The notes beneath the pieces are model-generated. The model was not told the origin of the DNA. It saw nothing but the letters and a program-made list of their open reading frames with translations, and did not search any database. A stretch of 64,000 bases of DNA from Octopus sinensis (Eukaryota). Where the stretch lies: the NCBI RefSeq assembly GCF_006345805.1, contig NC_042997.1, positions 121,458,001-121,522,000 on the forward strand, given 5' to 3'. Within the stretch, counting starts at the first letter, position 1. Every line of letters starts with the position of its first letter. Made by a program: the position numbers and the translations under genes. Shown in pieces: positions 50,722-64,000 of the stretch.

Positions 50722-51096
50722 TGTTACTTTCAGTCATTTGACTGCGGCCATGAAGGAGCATCGCTTTTAGTTAAATAAATCGACCGTAGAACTTATTCTT
50801 GGTAAGCCTAGTACTTACTGTATCGGTCAGTTTTGCCGAACCGCCAAGTTATAGAGACGTGAACACACCAACATCGGTTGTCAAGCGATGGTGGGGGGAC
50901 AAACACAGACACACAAACACACACACACACACACACCGATCTTCTTTCAGTTTCCGTCTACCAAATTCACTCACAAGGCTTTGGTCGGCCCGAAGCTATA
51001 GTAGAAGACACTTGCTCAAGATACCATGAAGTGGGACTGAACCCTGAACCATGTGGTTGGTAATCAAGCTACTTACCACACAGCCACTCCTGCGCC
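50722..51096 (-). mobile_element. SINE family A
   Basis: Reverse complement of tail and head. Confidence 0.92.
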
Positions 51097-51121
51097 TATA
51101 TTTGCCTTCATCTTGTTTGTT

Positions 51122-51167
51122 AACACAACGTTTCGGCTGATATACCCTCCAGCTTTCATTAGGTGTC
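51122..51167 (-). ncRNA. Minimal hammerhead motif (G5 to A, probably inactive) in a PLE-type terminal repeat fragment
   Basis: Minus strand: gacac-CTAATGA-A-agctg.gagggtatat.cagcc-GAAAC-GT-T-gtgtt. Confidence 0.65.
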
Positions 51168-51504
51168 CTGGGGAAATTTCGAACCTGTGTTCTCATTCCT
51201 AAGGTATTTTTCGCTGTATATGGTTCTAACATTACTAGTGTCATTTCAAAGAAGATCATGTATTTCATAGATATGTCCACATTTTCAGGAATCTAATCTC
51301 TCTAATATTAATCGTGATGTTTCGACCGTTAATATTGGATTAAATATATTAGATATAGTACAACTGAGGTTACTATCCAGTTCCTATGTTTCTGTTACCC
51401 TGTATGTAGCCAGAGTGTGTCTAATGATCGACATGTGATGTTGAGGTGTAGGAAATTAAAGGTAAATTTCTATTTCGTTTCCTTTACCTATTTTGTAGGT
51501 GCAG

Positions 51505-51681
51505 ACAGGCGTGGCTGTGTGGTTAGAAGTTTGTTTCCAGCCACATGATACCTAGTTCAATCCCTTGCATGACACCTTGAGCAAGTGTCTTCTAATATAG
51601 CCTGGAGCTGACCAAAGACTTGTGAGTAGTTTCGGTGGACGGTAACTGAAAGAAGCCCGTCCTCTGTGTGTGTGTGTGTGT

Positions 51682-51720
<39 letters not shown>

Positions 51721-51920
51721 TGTGTGTTGCCTACGACCTCTTGACAACCGGTGTTTGCTTACGTACCCGTAAATTAGTGGTTCGGCAAAAGAGACCCAGT
51801 GGAATAAGCACCAGACTTTAAAAATAGTACTGGGGGTAGATTCGTCCGACTAAGCATTCTTCCAGGCGATGCCCCCAACATGGCCGCAGTCTACTGGCTG
51901 AAACAAGCAAAGGATAAAAA
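51505..51920 (+). mobile_element. SINE family A, diverged
   Basis: ggcgtggctgtgtggttagaag...(GT)n...ggttcggcaaaagagacc. Confidence 0.85.
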
Positions 51921-52120
51921 ATAAAAACATAATCAAAATCAGTTCCGCTTGAGTTCTTGAGCTCATTGGGCCACAAATTATCACCACTGGTTTCTAATGG
52001 TTGCGGTTTTCTCTATATCCGGCCATATGATAGTGGCTTCTTTCATGTCAGTTACGAATGTTTTTCCCCGTCTAGTTTCCGATTTTCTCCTTCTAGTAGT
52101 GTCCATTGTAAACTGTTTTA

Positions 52121-53398
52121 TTCAGTCATCCCATAAGTTCTGTCCGAATTTTGAATAAAGAAAACAAGTGATCAAATGTTATATTTAATTGAAATTTAAT
52201 CATCAATGTATTTTTCCTGATTATCTATGACTTCCTTCCATCTGTTTACAAGCTTTTTAATCCCATCAATGTAAAGCTCTTTCGGTTTCAAAGCAAAGAA
52301 CTCTGAAATGTCAGTTTTGACCTCCTCCTAGTTTGCGAAAGTTATGCCCCCCAAATGATTCTGCAAACTACTAAACAAATGGTAGTCTGAAGGAGCAAGG
52401 TCGGGAGAATAAGGTGGATGAGGTATTTTTTCCCAATCAATCTCTTCGATCTTCTGTGATGTGATCTTTGCAGTGTGGTGTCACGCATTGCCCTGATGAA
52501 ACACCACTCCATTTCGATTCACTGAAGCGGTTCTTTTTTCTTCAAAGCTTGGTTCAAATTATCTAATTGCTGACAGCAGACTTGGGCATCGATTGTTGCA
52601 TTAGGTGGTAACAATTCAAAGTGAATTACTCCTTTGCAATCCCACCAGATAGAGAGAAGAATCCTTTTCCCATGAAGTTCCCTTCTCGGATGTGGTTGAG
52701 CTTTTTCCCTTTTACCAAGCCACTGTTTACGGGGTTTAACATTTCAATAGAAGATCCATCTTTCGTCACCTGTCATAAGTCCCTCCAAAAAGGGTGAAAT
52801 GTATTCGTGAAAATGGAGAGAAGAGTAGATGTCAACGCGGGATTTACGCTTGCTTTCGGACAATTCACAAGGCGCTCATTTTCCAAGTTTAAGAACCTTT
52901 CGAAGTTGTTGAAGATGATGATGAACAGTTGTATGGTTTGAACTAAACTTTATTGCCAATTCTTCAACTGATAATGCAGGATTTTCTTCAAGTAATGCCT
53001 CAAGGAGCTTACCATCAAACTCAACTGGACGTCCTGTTCGATCTTCATCTTCAATGTTGAAATCTCCACTTCTGAATTTTGCAAACCATCTTCTGCAAGT
53101 TCTTTCATTCAAGCATTCTTTCCCATAAACCGAGTGTATGTTTGGAGTCGCTTCGGCTGCAGAGTTTCCTTTTTTGTACTCATAAAGCAGTATGTATCCC
53201 AAATGCTCTTTGGATACTTCCATGTTAGAAAGAGTTTTAATCAAAGAAATTTTAATTCTACTATTCGGTAAAACAATATTCAATTAGTACACAAATGCAT
53301 AAAAATAACTTAATTCCATTAGACATTCTAAAATACTATTAAATTTCATTCAATTTTTAAAAAGGTAAAATCGGACAGAAATTATGGGATGACCTGAC
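52121..53398 (-). mobile_element. Full-length mariner (DD34D) with TIRs; transposase pseudogenised
   Basis: TIRs cagtcatcccataagttctgtccg and cggacagaaattatgggatgacctg; MEVSKEHLGYILLYEY..RTCRRWFAKFRSGDF..TGDERWIFY..IWWDCKGVIHFELL..FH(Q)GNA..HPPYSPDLAPSDYHLF; several stops and frameshifts; about 1.28 kb. Confidence 0.95.
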
Positions 53399-53421
53399 AG
53401 AACGGCATTGTTCCGGTAACC

Positions 53422-53825
53422 AAGTAGTTCTCAACCACTTTTTACCTGTGGATCCCTTAAATTGCTATATTCGTGAATGGACTTTCATAGCTGTTCAGTG
53501 TTCAACATTTTCTATTATATGTTTATATGCATATATTATTAGGAATTGCATTTTAAAAAATTACTAAAATATTTTGTTTATTGTAGAAGTATAACCAAAT
53601 TATTGCTTATAATTTTTAACAACAAAATCTTCAAGGGCCATATGGATCCCAAAGGCCATGGGGATCTCGATAGAAAACCAGTATAGTAGTCGGTGTGGTG
53701 ACCAGTAATAAAGTCGCAGGAAAAAAAGTCACAGTAATAAAGTCACAATTTTGGCTAGGAAAAAAGTCACAAATCCCCCTCGGACCCCCTCCCCACAGTT
53801 AAAACCCCTGTGACTTTTTTTAATG
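53422..53825. mobile_element. DNA-transposon-like remnants (hAT-Charlie-like end; aaaaagtcac subterminal repeats)
   Basis: agtagttctcaaccac at ~53423; four aaagtc(a/g)c repeats at 53710-53770 and an inverted gtgactttt at ~53810. Confidence 0.4.
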
Positions 53826-54954
53826 GATTCATCGGTGTATGTGGCCAGCTGGTTTTAATCTTCATTCTGTGTTGATTTTACTCAGTGGTCTTGTGTTGTA
53901 GACAGTTTTACCGCAAGACATTCAGTTTTATAACGACCAGTAGACTGTCTATAATTCTAATATCCCGCAGTTATTTCACTATATATTTTCTTGGAATGCC
54001 TTGGATCAAATTTGTAACAGTTAACTTTAAAATTACGCGTACAAACAGACGCACGTTCACACACCTAACAAGAGACTGACAGACAGAGATACATAAGGGA
54101 GGCAGACAGACAGGTAGATAGATAGTTAGAGAGAGAGAGATACAGACAAATAGACCGACAGACAGATAGACAAAGTCAGAAATAAAGAGAGATTGTATGA
54201 GTAGGTCAGACAACAGGGGTTCGGAGTGAATAAAGGTAGCAGAACCAAATAAATGGAGAGGAAATGTATAAAGTGCCAGTCCTTCATGAAAAACAAAAAC
54301 AAGTAAATAAATAAATATATCAATAAATGAATAAATAAAACATGAACGTAATCGTCGAGCGATTCGTTCTTTTAGTTACAAGTCCGACACATTAGTAATT
54401 TTGTCAGCAGCAAAGCTTACTTCCTTTAACAATCACCAAGTGTATATATTTGCCTATGATTCTATCAATATAACAAATCAAAGACAAACAGCACGATCGA
54501 TTCGTTTCATAAGTGCTACTACCAACTCACACACACATACACACACGTGTGTATTTACGTTATTTGGTTCTTATGTATTTTCAGTTTTGTTTTAGCCGTC
54601 GCAGCTACGGCCATGTTAGAACACCGACTTTTGAGTTGAACGTTCTACATTTTCTTCTGTGTGTCATCTCTGTATAATCTTTGAAGAGATATGATGTGCT
54701 ACTTAAGACGAGTTAATCATTTCTTCAGTGCGGTCAGAAATAATAGCGAGGAATTGAGTGTTTGAGAACAATGAGACTCGTTATATACAGTTCACAGCAT
54801 GCTACTTCACTTTAGCTTCCATTTAAGTCAGAGTTAGAAATAAAAAAAAAAAAAGTAACCAGGACACAAAAAGAATAATAAAAATAACGTATAATGTCCT
54901 CCTGAAGTTAATAACGTTATGTCAAAACGAAAAATAAATGAAATATAATATAGT

Positions 54955-55545
54955 AAAATGTATGTATGTATGTGTGTATGAATATGTGTATGTATGTATG
55001 TATGTATGTATGTATGTATGTATGTGTTTATGTGTGTATGTGTGTATGTATGCGTGTATGTATATGTGAATGTATGTGTGTATGTATGCGTGCATGTGTG
55101 TGTGGGTGTGTATGTATGTGTGTATGTGTGTATGTGTGTTTGTGTTTGTGTGTATATGTGTGTATGTGTATAGGTGTGTATATTTGTTTGTGTGAATGTG
55201 TAAGTGGGTGTATGTATGTGTGTATGTGTGAGTGGGTGTATGTATGTGTGTATGTGTTTATGAGTATATGTGTGCGTGTGTGTATGTGTGTAGGTGTGTA
55301 TGTATGTATGTATGTATGTATGTATGTATGTATGTATGTATGCATGTATGTGTGTGAATGTATGTATGTATGTGTGTATGTGTTTGTGTGTATATGTGCA
55401 TGTGTATATGTATATATGCATTATGCGTGTATGCATGTATACATTATGCGTGTATGTATGTGTGTGTATGTGGGCATGTATGCGTGTACGTGTGTATATG
55501 CATGTATGTATGTATGTATGTATGTATGTGAGTGTATGTATGCTG
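54955..55545. repeat. Degenerate (TGTA)n/(TG)n microsatellite
   Basis: Read directly from the sequence. Confidence 0.93.
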
Positions 55546-55760
55546 TATCTTTATATTACATATCACTATTAAGTTACTGTATAATAAATAGCACTAACTA
55601 GAGTGGTGTATGAATGGGAACATAATTGATATTATAAGAAATGAGTGCTTTTTCCATATCAAACAAGTGCAACAAGCTGAATACGCGTGTGTATGCGTGT
55701 GTATACATACATATTTATACACACAAAGACACACATATATACATATATGTTTATATATAT

Positions 55761-55806
<46 letters not shown>

Positions 55807-55941
55807 CATACATATTATATTATGAGCTATATGTACATACATCTAATATATTATGTATATATATATATACGTATATTATATGTATATATATACATATATA
55901 TAATATATATTATATATATGTATACACACAAACACACACAC

Positions 55942-55976
<35 letters not shown>

Positions 55977-55977
55977 A

Positions 55978-56392
55978 TGGCGTATGACTGGGTGTATTGT
56001 TAGTAGCTTGCTTACGAACCACATGGTTCCGGGTCCAGTCCCAGTGCGTTGCACCATGGGCAAGTGTCTTCCACTATAGCCTCGGGCCGACCAGAGCCTT
56101 GTGAGTTGATTTGGTTGACAGAAACAGAAAGAAGTCCGTTGTATATATGTATATATATATATAGATATGTGTGTGTATGTGTGTATATGTGTTTGTGTGT
56201 CTACGCTTGTCTCCCCGACATCGTTTGACAACCGATGCTGGTGTGTTTACGCCGCCGTAACATAGCCGTTCGGCAAAATAAAACGATAGAATAACTACTA
56301 GGCTTACAAAGAATAAGTCCTGCGTTCGATTTGCTCGACTAGAGGCGGTGCTCCAGCATCGCCACAGTCAAATGACGGAAACAAATAAAAGA
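55978..56392 (+). mobile_element. SINE family A
   Basis: Head, microsatellite and tail. Confidence 0.9.
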
Positions 56393-56515
56393 ATACATAC
56401 ATACATATATATATATATAACGGGAAGTTTACGAAAATAAATAAAACATGAAGGCAGGTGGAGTACAAACAAACAGATGTATTAGTATAGCGCTCAGGAA
56501 TAGAAATAGAAAAAG

Positions 56516-56553
56516 TCTTTTACGTTTCGAGCCTACGCTCTTCGACAGAAAGA
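56516..56553 (-). ncRNA. Hammerhead-like motif with CUGUCGA core and perfect stems
   Basis: Minus strand: tcttt-CTGTCGA-A-gagc.gtag.gctc-GAAAC-GT-A-aaaga. Confidence 0.65.
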
Positions 56554-56904
56554 TACACAGAAAAAAACAAGGAGAGAAACAAGGCGAGAAAAAAATGCGT
56601 GTAGGAGCTAACGATCTATCATGGCGTCCTGATGTATGTATGTATGTATGTATGTATGTATGTATGTATGTATGTATGTATGTATGTATGTATGTATGTA
56701 TGTATGTTCCTTTACTCTTTTAGTCGTTTCAGCGATGTGACTGCAGTCATAATGGAGCACCACTGTGGTCTTGCTGAAAGCCTCAGACTGGGGTGTTTGA
56801 CATCAGCACGCTTGTATGTACCTTTTTTTCCCAGCTGTTGGCCCTTTTGATATATAAGTGAGTTTGATTCCGCTGTCCTTGTCTGTATCTCATGTCAGAC
56901 AGTT

Positions 56905-57030
56905 GATTTAATCGAGGAATTCGACCCTGGGACTTATTCTTTCTAAGCCCAGTACTTATTCTATCGATCTGTTTTCCTGAACCGGCATCGGTTGTCAAGC
57001 AATGCTAGGGGGATAAATACAGACACACAA

Positions 57031-57091
<61 letters not shown>

Positions 57092-57260
57092 CATACACGA
57101 CGGGGTTCTTTCAGTTTCCGTCTACCAAATCCACTCACAAGGCTTTTGTCGGCCCGAGGCTATAGTAGAAGACACTTACCAAAGGTGCCACGCAGTGGGA
57201 CTGAACCCGGAACCATGTGGTTGGTAAGCAAGCTACTTACCACACAGCCACTCTTGCGCC
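56905..57260 (-). mobile_element. SINE family A, internally deleted
   Basis: Reverse complement of head ends at ~57260. Confidence 0.9.
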
Positions 57261-57787
57261 TATACATATATATTATATATATATATATAATTATATTTAT
57301 ATATAGTTATATATTATATATATGTATATATTATATAGAGCAATAAGAAAACGGAGGGGATCAATAGGTGGTTCATTAACTTTTAGACATTATATTATTC
57401 CAATTCATTTATCTATTTACTAAAATGACAATTACAAGAATATACATACATGTATAACATATGCTTTACATATAAAATATATTCATATATAAAGATACCA
57501 GTAATTATTAAAATATCATATAGATATATTATATATAAGTATAAATGCACCCACATATATATATACAGATATGTATATGTGTGTGTGTTAGTGTGAGTAT
57601 ATATACATATATATATATATGTGTGTGTGTATGTGTGTGTGTCTATCTGTGTATGTATGTAAATGAAGCGACAGCATCTTAGACGATATAGAGGAAATGA
57701 AAAAAAAACAAAAGAGAAGGAACGCATAATAATATAAAAACACAAACACACATACACCCATATATATACACATAGATACGTACATGC

Positions 57788-57822
<35 letters not shown>

Positions 57823-58319
57823 AATATATATGTATGTGTGTGTGCGTGTATGTGTATGTATATATATATATATATATATACATACACACACACACACACA
57901 CAAATAATGGGCTCCTCTAATGCAGCAAGTCAGGGATGAGTGAATCACTGGATCATTAGAGGTTCATACATTATCTAGTTAATAGGTACAGTATAACGTA
58001 TTTGATAGAATTGTACTTCCAAAGTGTGACGATTATGTCTTGCTCAAGGAAATTAGTAACAGAAATGAACTGAAATAGAAGTCGGAGTTTAAAAAATCTA
58101 AACTGCCTGATGATGTAGCTTACCGGAAATATACTTTCTTATCTTTTGAATTCGAGAACCCACTTAGGTGAATATTTGAAAAATATTCTAAGATATGTTA
58201 GAGAAAAATCTCGTGTGGTTTAATATCTTAGGACGTTTTAACTGAAGCGAATGCAGCTTAAAGGATATAAAGGAAATGAACAAAAAATAAAAAGAACATA
58301 CGCATAGTAATATCAATAT

Positions 58320-58960
<641 letters not shown>

Positions 58961-59164
58961 ATACAAGGCATTATAATGTATCTTGATTACTTGATTATTT
59001 TCACAAATACAATATACAAATAATGATGTACGTACACATGCATGTAATAGTGTGTGCGTATACATCACAAACACATACATATATACATGCACACACACAC
59101 ATACATACATACATACATACATACATACATACATACATACATACAACATACATACATACATATA

Positions 59165-59550
59165 CCTTGGGCAAGGGTCTTCTACTACACCCTCGGTCCG
59201 ACCAAACCCTTTGTGAGTGGATTTGGTAGAAGGAAACTGAAAGATGTCCAACATATAGTTACATATGTGTGTATGTGTGTGTGTGTGTGTGTTTGTTCGT
59301 GTTTGTGTGTTTGTGCGTGTATGTGTGTATGTGTGTGCGTGCGTGTAAATCTCTGTGTCTATGTGTGTGTTTTTGTGTTTTTGTTGGTGTGTTTACATCC
59401 CACTGACTTCGCGTTTTGGTAAAAGAGACTGGAGGAATAATTACCATGCTTTCAAAAAGTATATAACTACTGCGGTTGATTCCTTCGACTAAGAAGTCGT
59501 TAAGGCATTGACCCAGCATGGCCGTATTCTAATAAGTGAAACAAGTAAAT
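59165..59550 (+). mobile_element. SINE family A, 5'-truncated and diverged
   Basis: ccttgggcaagggtcttctac...ggatttggtagaaggaaactgaaaga...cagcatggccg. Confidence 0.8.
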
Positions 59551-59759
59551 GATAAAAATTACAAGAATTTTTTTTTCCACTGGCGAGTAACGGATAATAA
59601 CGAACGGACATGCAGGAATAAACGCCCATGCGTACGAATGGAGCAACACATACAAATGCATGCGGGACAGACGCACGCACACTCACACACACACACACGC
59701 GCGCTCACCCAATATGGCTATATTAAACACACATAACGATACAGCATTATGTGAACGAA

Positions 59760-59882
59760 CAACATTTTAGTGTACGCACGAATGAGGGTTATATATATAT
59801 GTATACATACATATATACAAACATACGTACGTACGTACATACCTACATACGTAGTAAATACATACATATGTACATACGTACG

Positions 59883-59930
<48 letters not shown>

Positions 59931-60225
59931 CATACATACATACATCATACATACATACATCATACATACATACATAACACATACGTACTACGTCCATACA
60001 TACATATATACATACGTACGTACATGATACATAACACATGCATACGTACATCATACATACATAACACATACGTACTACGTCCATACATACATATGTACAT
60101 ACGTACGTACATACATCGATACATACATAATACATACATACATACATAATACATACATACATACATACATACATACATACATACATACATACATACATAC
60201 ATACATACATACATACACACACATC
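59760..60225. repeat. (CATA)n/(CGTA)n microsatellite with short higher-order repeats
   Basis: catacataacacatacgtactacgtccatacatacatat occurs twice (~59970 and ~60056). Confidence 0.88.
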
Positions 60226-60229
60226 CTGC

Positions 60230-60570
60230 CAATCCGTTGGTTACGACGACAAGGGCTCCAGCTAATCCGATCAACGGAACAGCCTGCTCGTGAAATTAAC
60301 ATGTAAGTGGCCGAGCACTCTACAGACACGTGTACCCTCAACATTGTTATCGGGGAGATTCAGCGTGCCACAGTGTGTGACAAGGCTGGCCCTTTGAATT
60401 ACAGGTACAACACAAACAGGAAGAAAGTGCGAAAGTTGTGGTGAAAGAATACAGTAGGTTTCGCGTCTTGCCGCTTTAGATGTTTTCGCTTAAGAAACAC
60501 ACACAACGCCGGGTGTGGGAATCGAAACTGCAATCCCATGACCGCGAGTCCGCTGCCCTAACTACTAGGA
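60230..60570 (-). mobile_element. SINE family C, near full length
   Basis: tRNA-like head on the minus strand at 60500-60570 plus body. Confidence 0.85.
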
Positions 60571-60899
60571 CATAGCACTTCCATACATACATACATACAT
60601 ACATACATACATACATACATACATACATACATACATACATACATGCATGCATGCATGCATACATACATACATACATACATACATACATACATACATACAT
60701 ACATACATACATACATACATGTATACATACATACATGCATGCATGCATAAATACATACATACAAACACGTGTGCATACTTGCACATCCGCGTGACCGCAC
60801 CGATTTACAAACAAATACAAGTTATAGATGCCGACCCATTTTGACATATTAATCTCTGTTTTCCTATATACGTAGTGATAGATTTTTTTTTTCTTAGCA

Positions 60900-61960
60900 G
60901 ATAAAGTCGTTCTTTATCTGCCTTAGGATTGTGCATTCTATGCATTGTCAACAATTTTCACATTTTTCTGTCACGATTACATATTTCAGTAATTCACTAG
61001 TTAATAATATTGAAACTGCAAGTCACGACCGGTACGGTTAAAGTATTGATCCCTTCGATCCTATTTGTTGCATTCAGATCTGTCTTGAGTATTGCCCTTA
61101 CCCTGCGATACTATTCTCTTCTGATACTTTCCCTCCTCATTGAAAGTTTGACTCCATCACCTTCAAATGTCCCTAGGTATCTGTAGCTCTCCGCTGGTTC
61201 TAACTCCATTATAAATTTCTGCTGGATATTTCTGTCAGTTTTTTCTTTGATAAAAGTAGCTTTTACACATTTATCAAAGCCAAATTGCATCCTGATTTCA
61301 TCACTGAATTGTTAAACAATTACTAGTAAACCCTGTAGTTGTTGGTTATTTTTTGCAAATAGCTTTAAATCATTCATGTAAATGAGATGATATATATTTT
61401 TATCAAACATTTTATAGCTACAATCAATCTCAAGCATTTTCAAGGTATTAATGCTAGACAAAAAAGTGTGGTGATAAAGAGTCAACCTGGAAAATGCCAC
61501 ATGAAATTCTCACATCTCCAGCGTTGAGAGATCCATTATCACAGTTCAAAGTCAATGTGGTTGTCCATGATCTCATACTTACAGACAAGAAATTTCGCAG
61601 AGTAGGTGCTATTTTAAACATTTCCAGACATTTCTTAATCCATCTACGTGGTAGACTGTCAAAAGCTTTTTTATAGTCTATCCAGGCTATCAAGTTTATG
61701 TGTCATTTGTGACAATCTTCAAAGATTATCTTATTGATGAGTAGCTGATCTTTACCACCATAACACCCACGTTTACATCCTTTTTGTTCATTATGGAATA
61801 TGCCACATTTTATTAAAACAACTATAGGCCTATTCAGTCAAGACAGATTATAGTATTTTATATATTGTTGTTAAGCAGGTTATGGGTCTATAATTTTTTG
61901 GTTCATTTGTTTCTTCATTGTTTGAAAGTAGGGAAGTAACACCATTAACTAGCCAAGAAT
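60900..61960 (-). mobile_element. R4/Dong-clade LINE reverse transcriptase relic
   Basis: EQKGCKRGCYGGKDQLLINK, AWIDYKKAFDSLP, GIFQVDSLSP, HLIYMNDLKLFAK, IRMQFGFDKC, YRYLG. Confidence 0.92.
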
Positions 61961-62149
61961 GGAATCATACTAGATTGTTGCAAAATATTGTTGTAAAGTT
62001 TTTTTAGCAGCTCATGGCTTGTGAGCTAAAGAGAGAGAAAGAGAAAGGAGAAGAAAAAGCGAGAGAGAAAAGAGAGTGTGAGAGAAGGTGGATGAGATGC
62101 GTGCAGCGTGTATGTGTGTATGTGTGTGTATACGCGCGTGCACACATAT

Positions 62150-62350
62150 TCTTTTATTCTTTTATTTGTTTCAGTCATTTCACTGCGGCCATGATGTAGC
62201 ACCGCCTTATATGAATAACATTTATCTTCTCTATTGTTTCAGTCATTGGACGGCGGCCATACAGTAGCACTGCTCGGAGGCGTCAAATCTATCCCTCAAC
62301 CTCAGTACTTTATTTGAAGCCTTATACTTATTCTTTCTGTATTTTGCCGA
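62150..62350 (-). mobile_element. Two SINE family A tail fragments
   Basis: tgtttcagtcatt...cggccat occurs twice. Confidence 0.75.
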
Positions 62351-63646
62351 ACTGTCCTTACCTTCGGACGCGGAGTAGACGAAACAGGGACAACTGAAGA
62401 AGAGGAATATTCCTTGTGTTGTATGTCTCGTACTCTGTTTTTTCGTTGTTTGAAAAGAAGTTCGTTTCCATGTTTTTTGTTTTTATGCTTTCGTTTCTCA
62501 TTGTGTTCAACGTTTTTTGATGTCCTGTACCCATATATGCATGTATATATACATATAGATGTAGGTATATACATATATGTATGTATATATACATATATTT
62601 ATATATTATTTATATATATATATATATATAAGTTCAGCAAAAATTTATATGTATACATATATATATATATATGTACACACACAGATACATACATGCGCGC
62701 ACATACATACATGGATATATACATACATATACATGCATAAGCAGATACATATATATATATACATATATATAAATCTATGAATACATATTTTTTCTCGCTC
62801 ACACATATCACCGTACATTGGAAAAATTAGAGTGAATAAGAAATAGAATATAATCAAAATAGTTAAAATGTATTCAAAATAGTTAAAATAAGCTATCATA
62901 TCGCACCTCTTAATTTATAAATATAAAACGTAATAAATTATATTAGATATGTTTATCCATTAATTATATAATTAAAAATAATTAATTCTAAATAATGATT
63001 CTGCTTTATCTGGGTTATATCCTCTGCATAAATATTAGTACTAAATATATGTTAATGATATATTAATTTCAACTGAATAAATAAATTGCAATATATATAT
63101 ATATATATGTCTACGTCCTGGTTTTGTTTTGTGTTTATTTTTATTTTTACCGTTATTGTTTAAGTTTTTGTATCTATTGTTGTTGTCCACGTATTCTGTA
63201 TTTTTGTTTGTGTACTTCGATCGTTTTCCGTCCTTTCGTTGTATACATTCGAAGCTTTCTTCCAGGGGATCTAATGCGCTTGGCTTAGATTTCCCTTGGC
63301 GGGCTGGCCATATCGGAGCAATCTCAAGATTAATCAGCCGAAATTGCTAAGATGATCTGGTTCTTGACTGATGACTGAGGGCTTCGAAGTCCCGTCCTGT
63401 GGTTCTTGTGTTCGTCTCTGTGGTGTTTCATGTTCTTGTCCATGTCTGTATTTAATTTTACTGTTTACCTATATATATATAGATATATATACGGGACCGC
63501 TTATCCTGTTCAGGCTATATTATTAGCATTATTCTGCGTTTGAGAATTTAAAATCACTTCTTTAACTTTCTAAGACATCTCAACGCTTCAAAAGCAAACT
63601 TCGCTTGTTTGTTTATGTTCATCGTAATTTGAATTTAATATATTTA

Positions 63647-63686
<40 letters not shown>

Positions 63687-64000
63687 ACCTAATAAATTAT
63701 ATTACATATTTATAGCCAAAAATATCCATTCATTTAAATAATTTATTCCATATACCAACTAGTCCTTATCTGAGATATTATCATCTGTATAAATAATTGT
63801 ACTAAAGATATATTAATGATATATTAATATCAATTTATTAAATAAATTGCAAAATCAGTCAGATTTATTATTTATTAATGCTAATGAAACATTAGAAATC
63901 TAATATATATTTAGCAAAAAGTGATTTACTCGCAATGATACAGGCAACAATTTTTTCAGAATGTATGTTCAAATGTAATTTACGGGAAATTAATATTTGA

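Noticed and set aside
58100-58140. CTGATGA-tgtagcttaccg-GAAA motif
   Set aside because: Stem II is weak and stem I does not pair

Overview
This is AT-rich, microsatellite-saturated animal DNA. The dominant tRNA-derived SINEs match my recollection of Octopus SINE families, so it is probably an octopus genome (inference, not a database result). I found no intact recognisable protein-coding gene, and most ORFs in the track are translations of (TA)n, (CA)n, (CATA)n or (AAT)n. Supported content: at least 30 SINE copies from three families; a frameshifted Penelope-like element (RT + GIY-YIG, ~9.85-11.55 kb); four R4/Dong-clade LINE relics; five Tc1/mariner relics, one full length (52121-53398); Tigger- and hAT-type MITEs; a truncated, frameshifted histone H2B pseudogene (27.6-27.8 kb); and a 44-bp minisatellite with an internal dyad. 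Most notable: (1) about ten minimal hammerhead-ribozyme motifs from at least five different PLE-type terminal-repeat families, including a U3-A8 covariant core and a family with a shared CUGUNGA (A6U) core; (2) a ~285-bp near-perfect hairpin whose two tips are outward-facing tRNA-Thr(CGT)-like sequences (34607-34903); (3) about six short-spacer fold-back duplications; (4) an R4-clade lineage apparently associated with (CATA)n, alongside a (TAA)n-embedded copy. All coordinates were read by eye and may be off by a few bases. Single-base differences near simple repeats could be sequencing errors.
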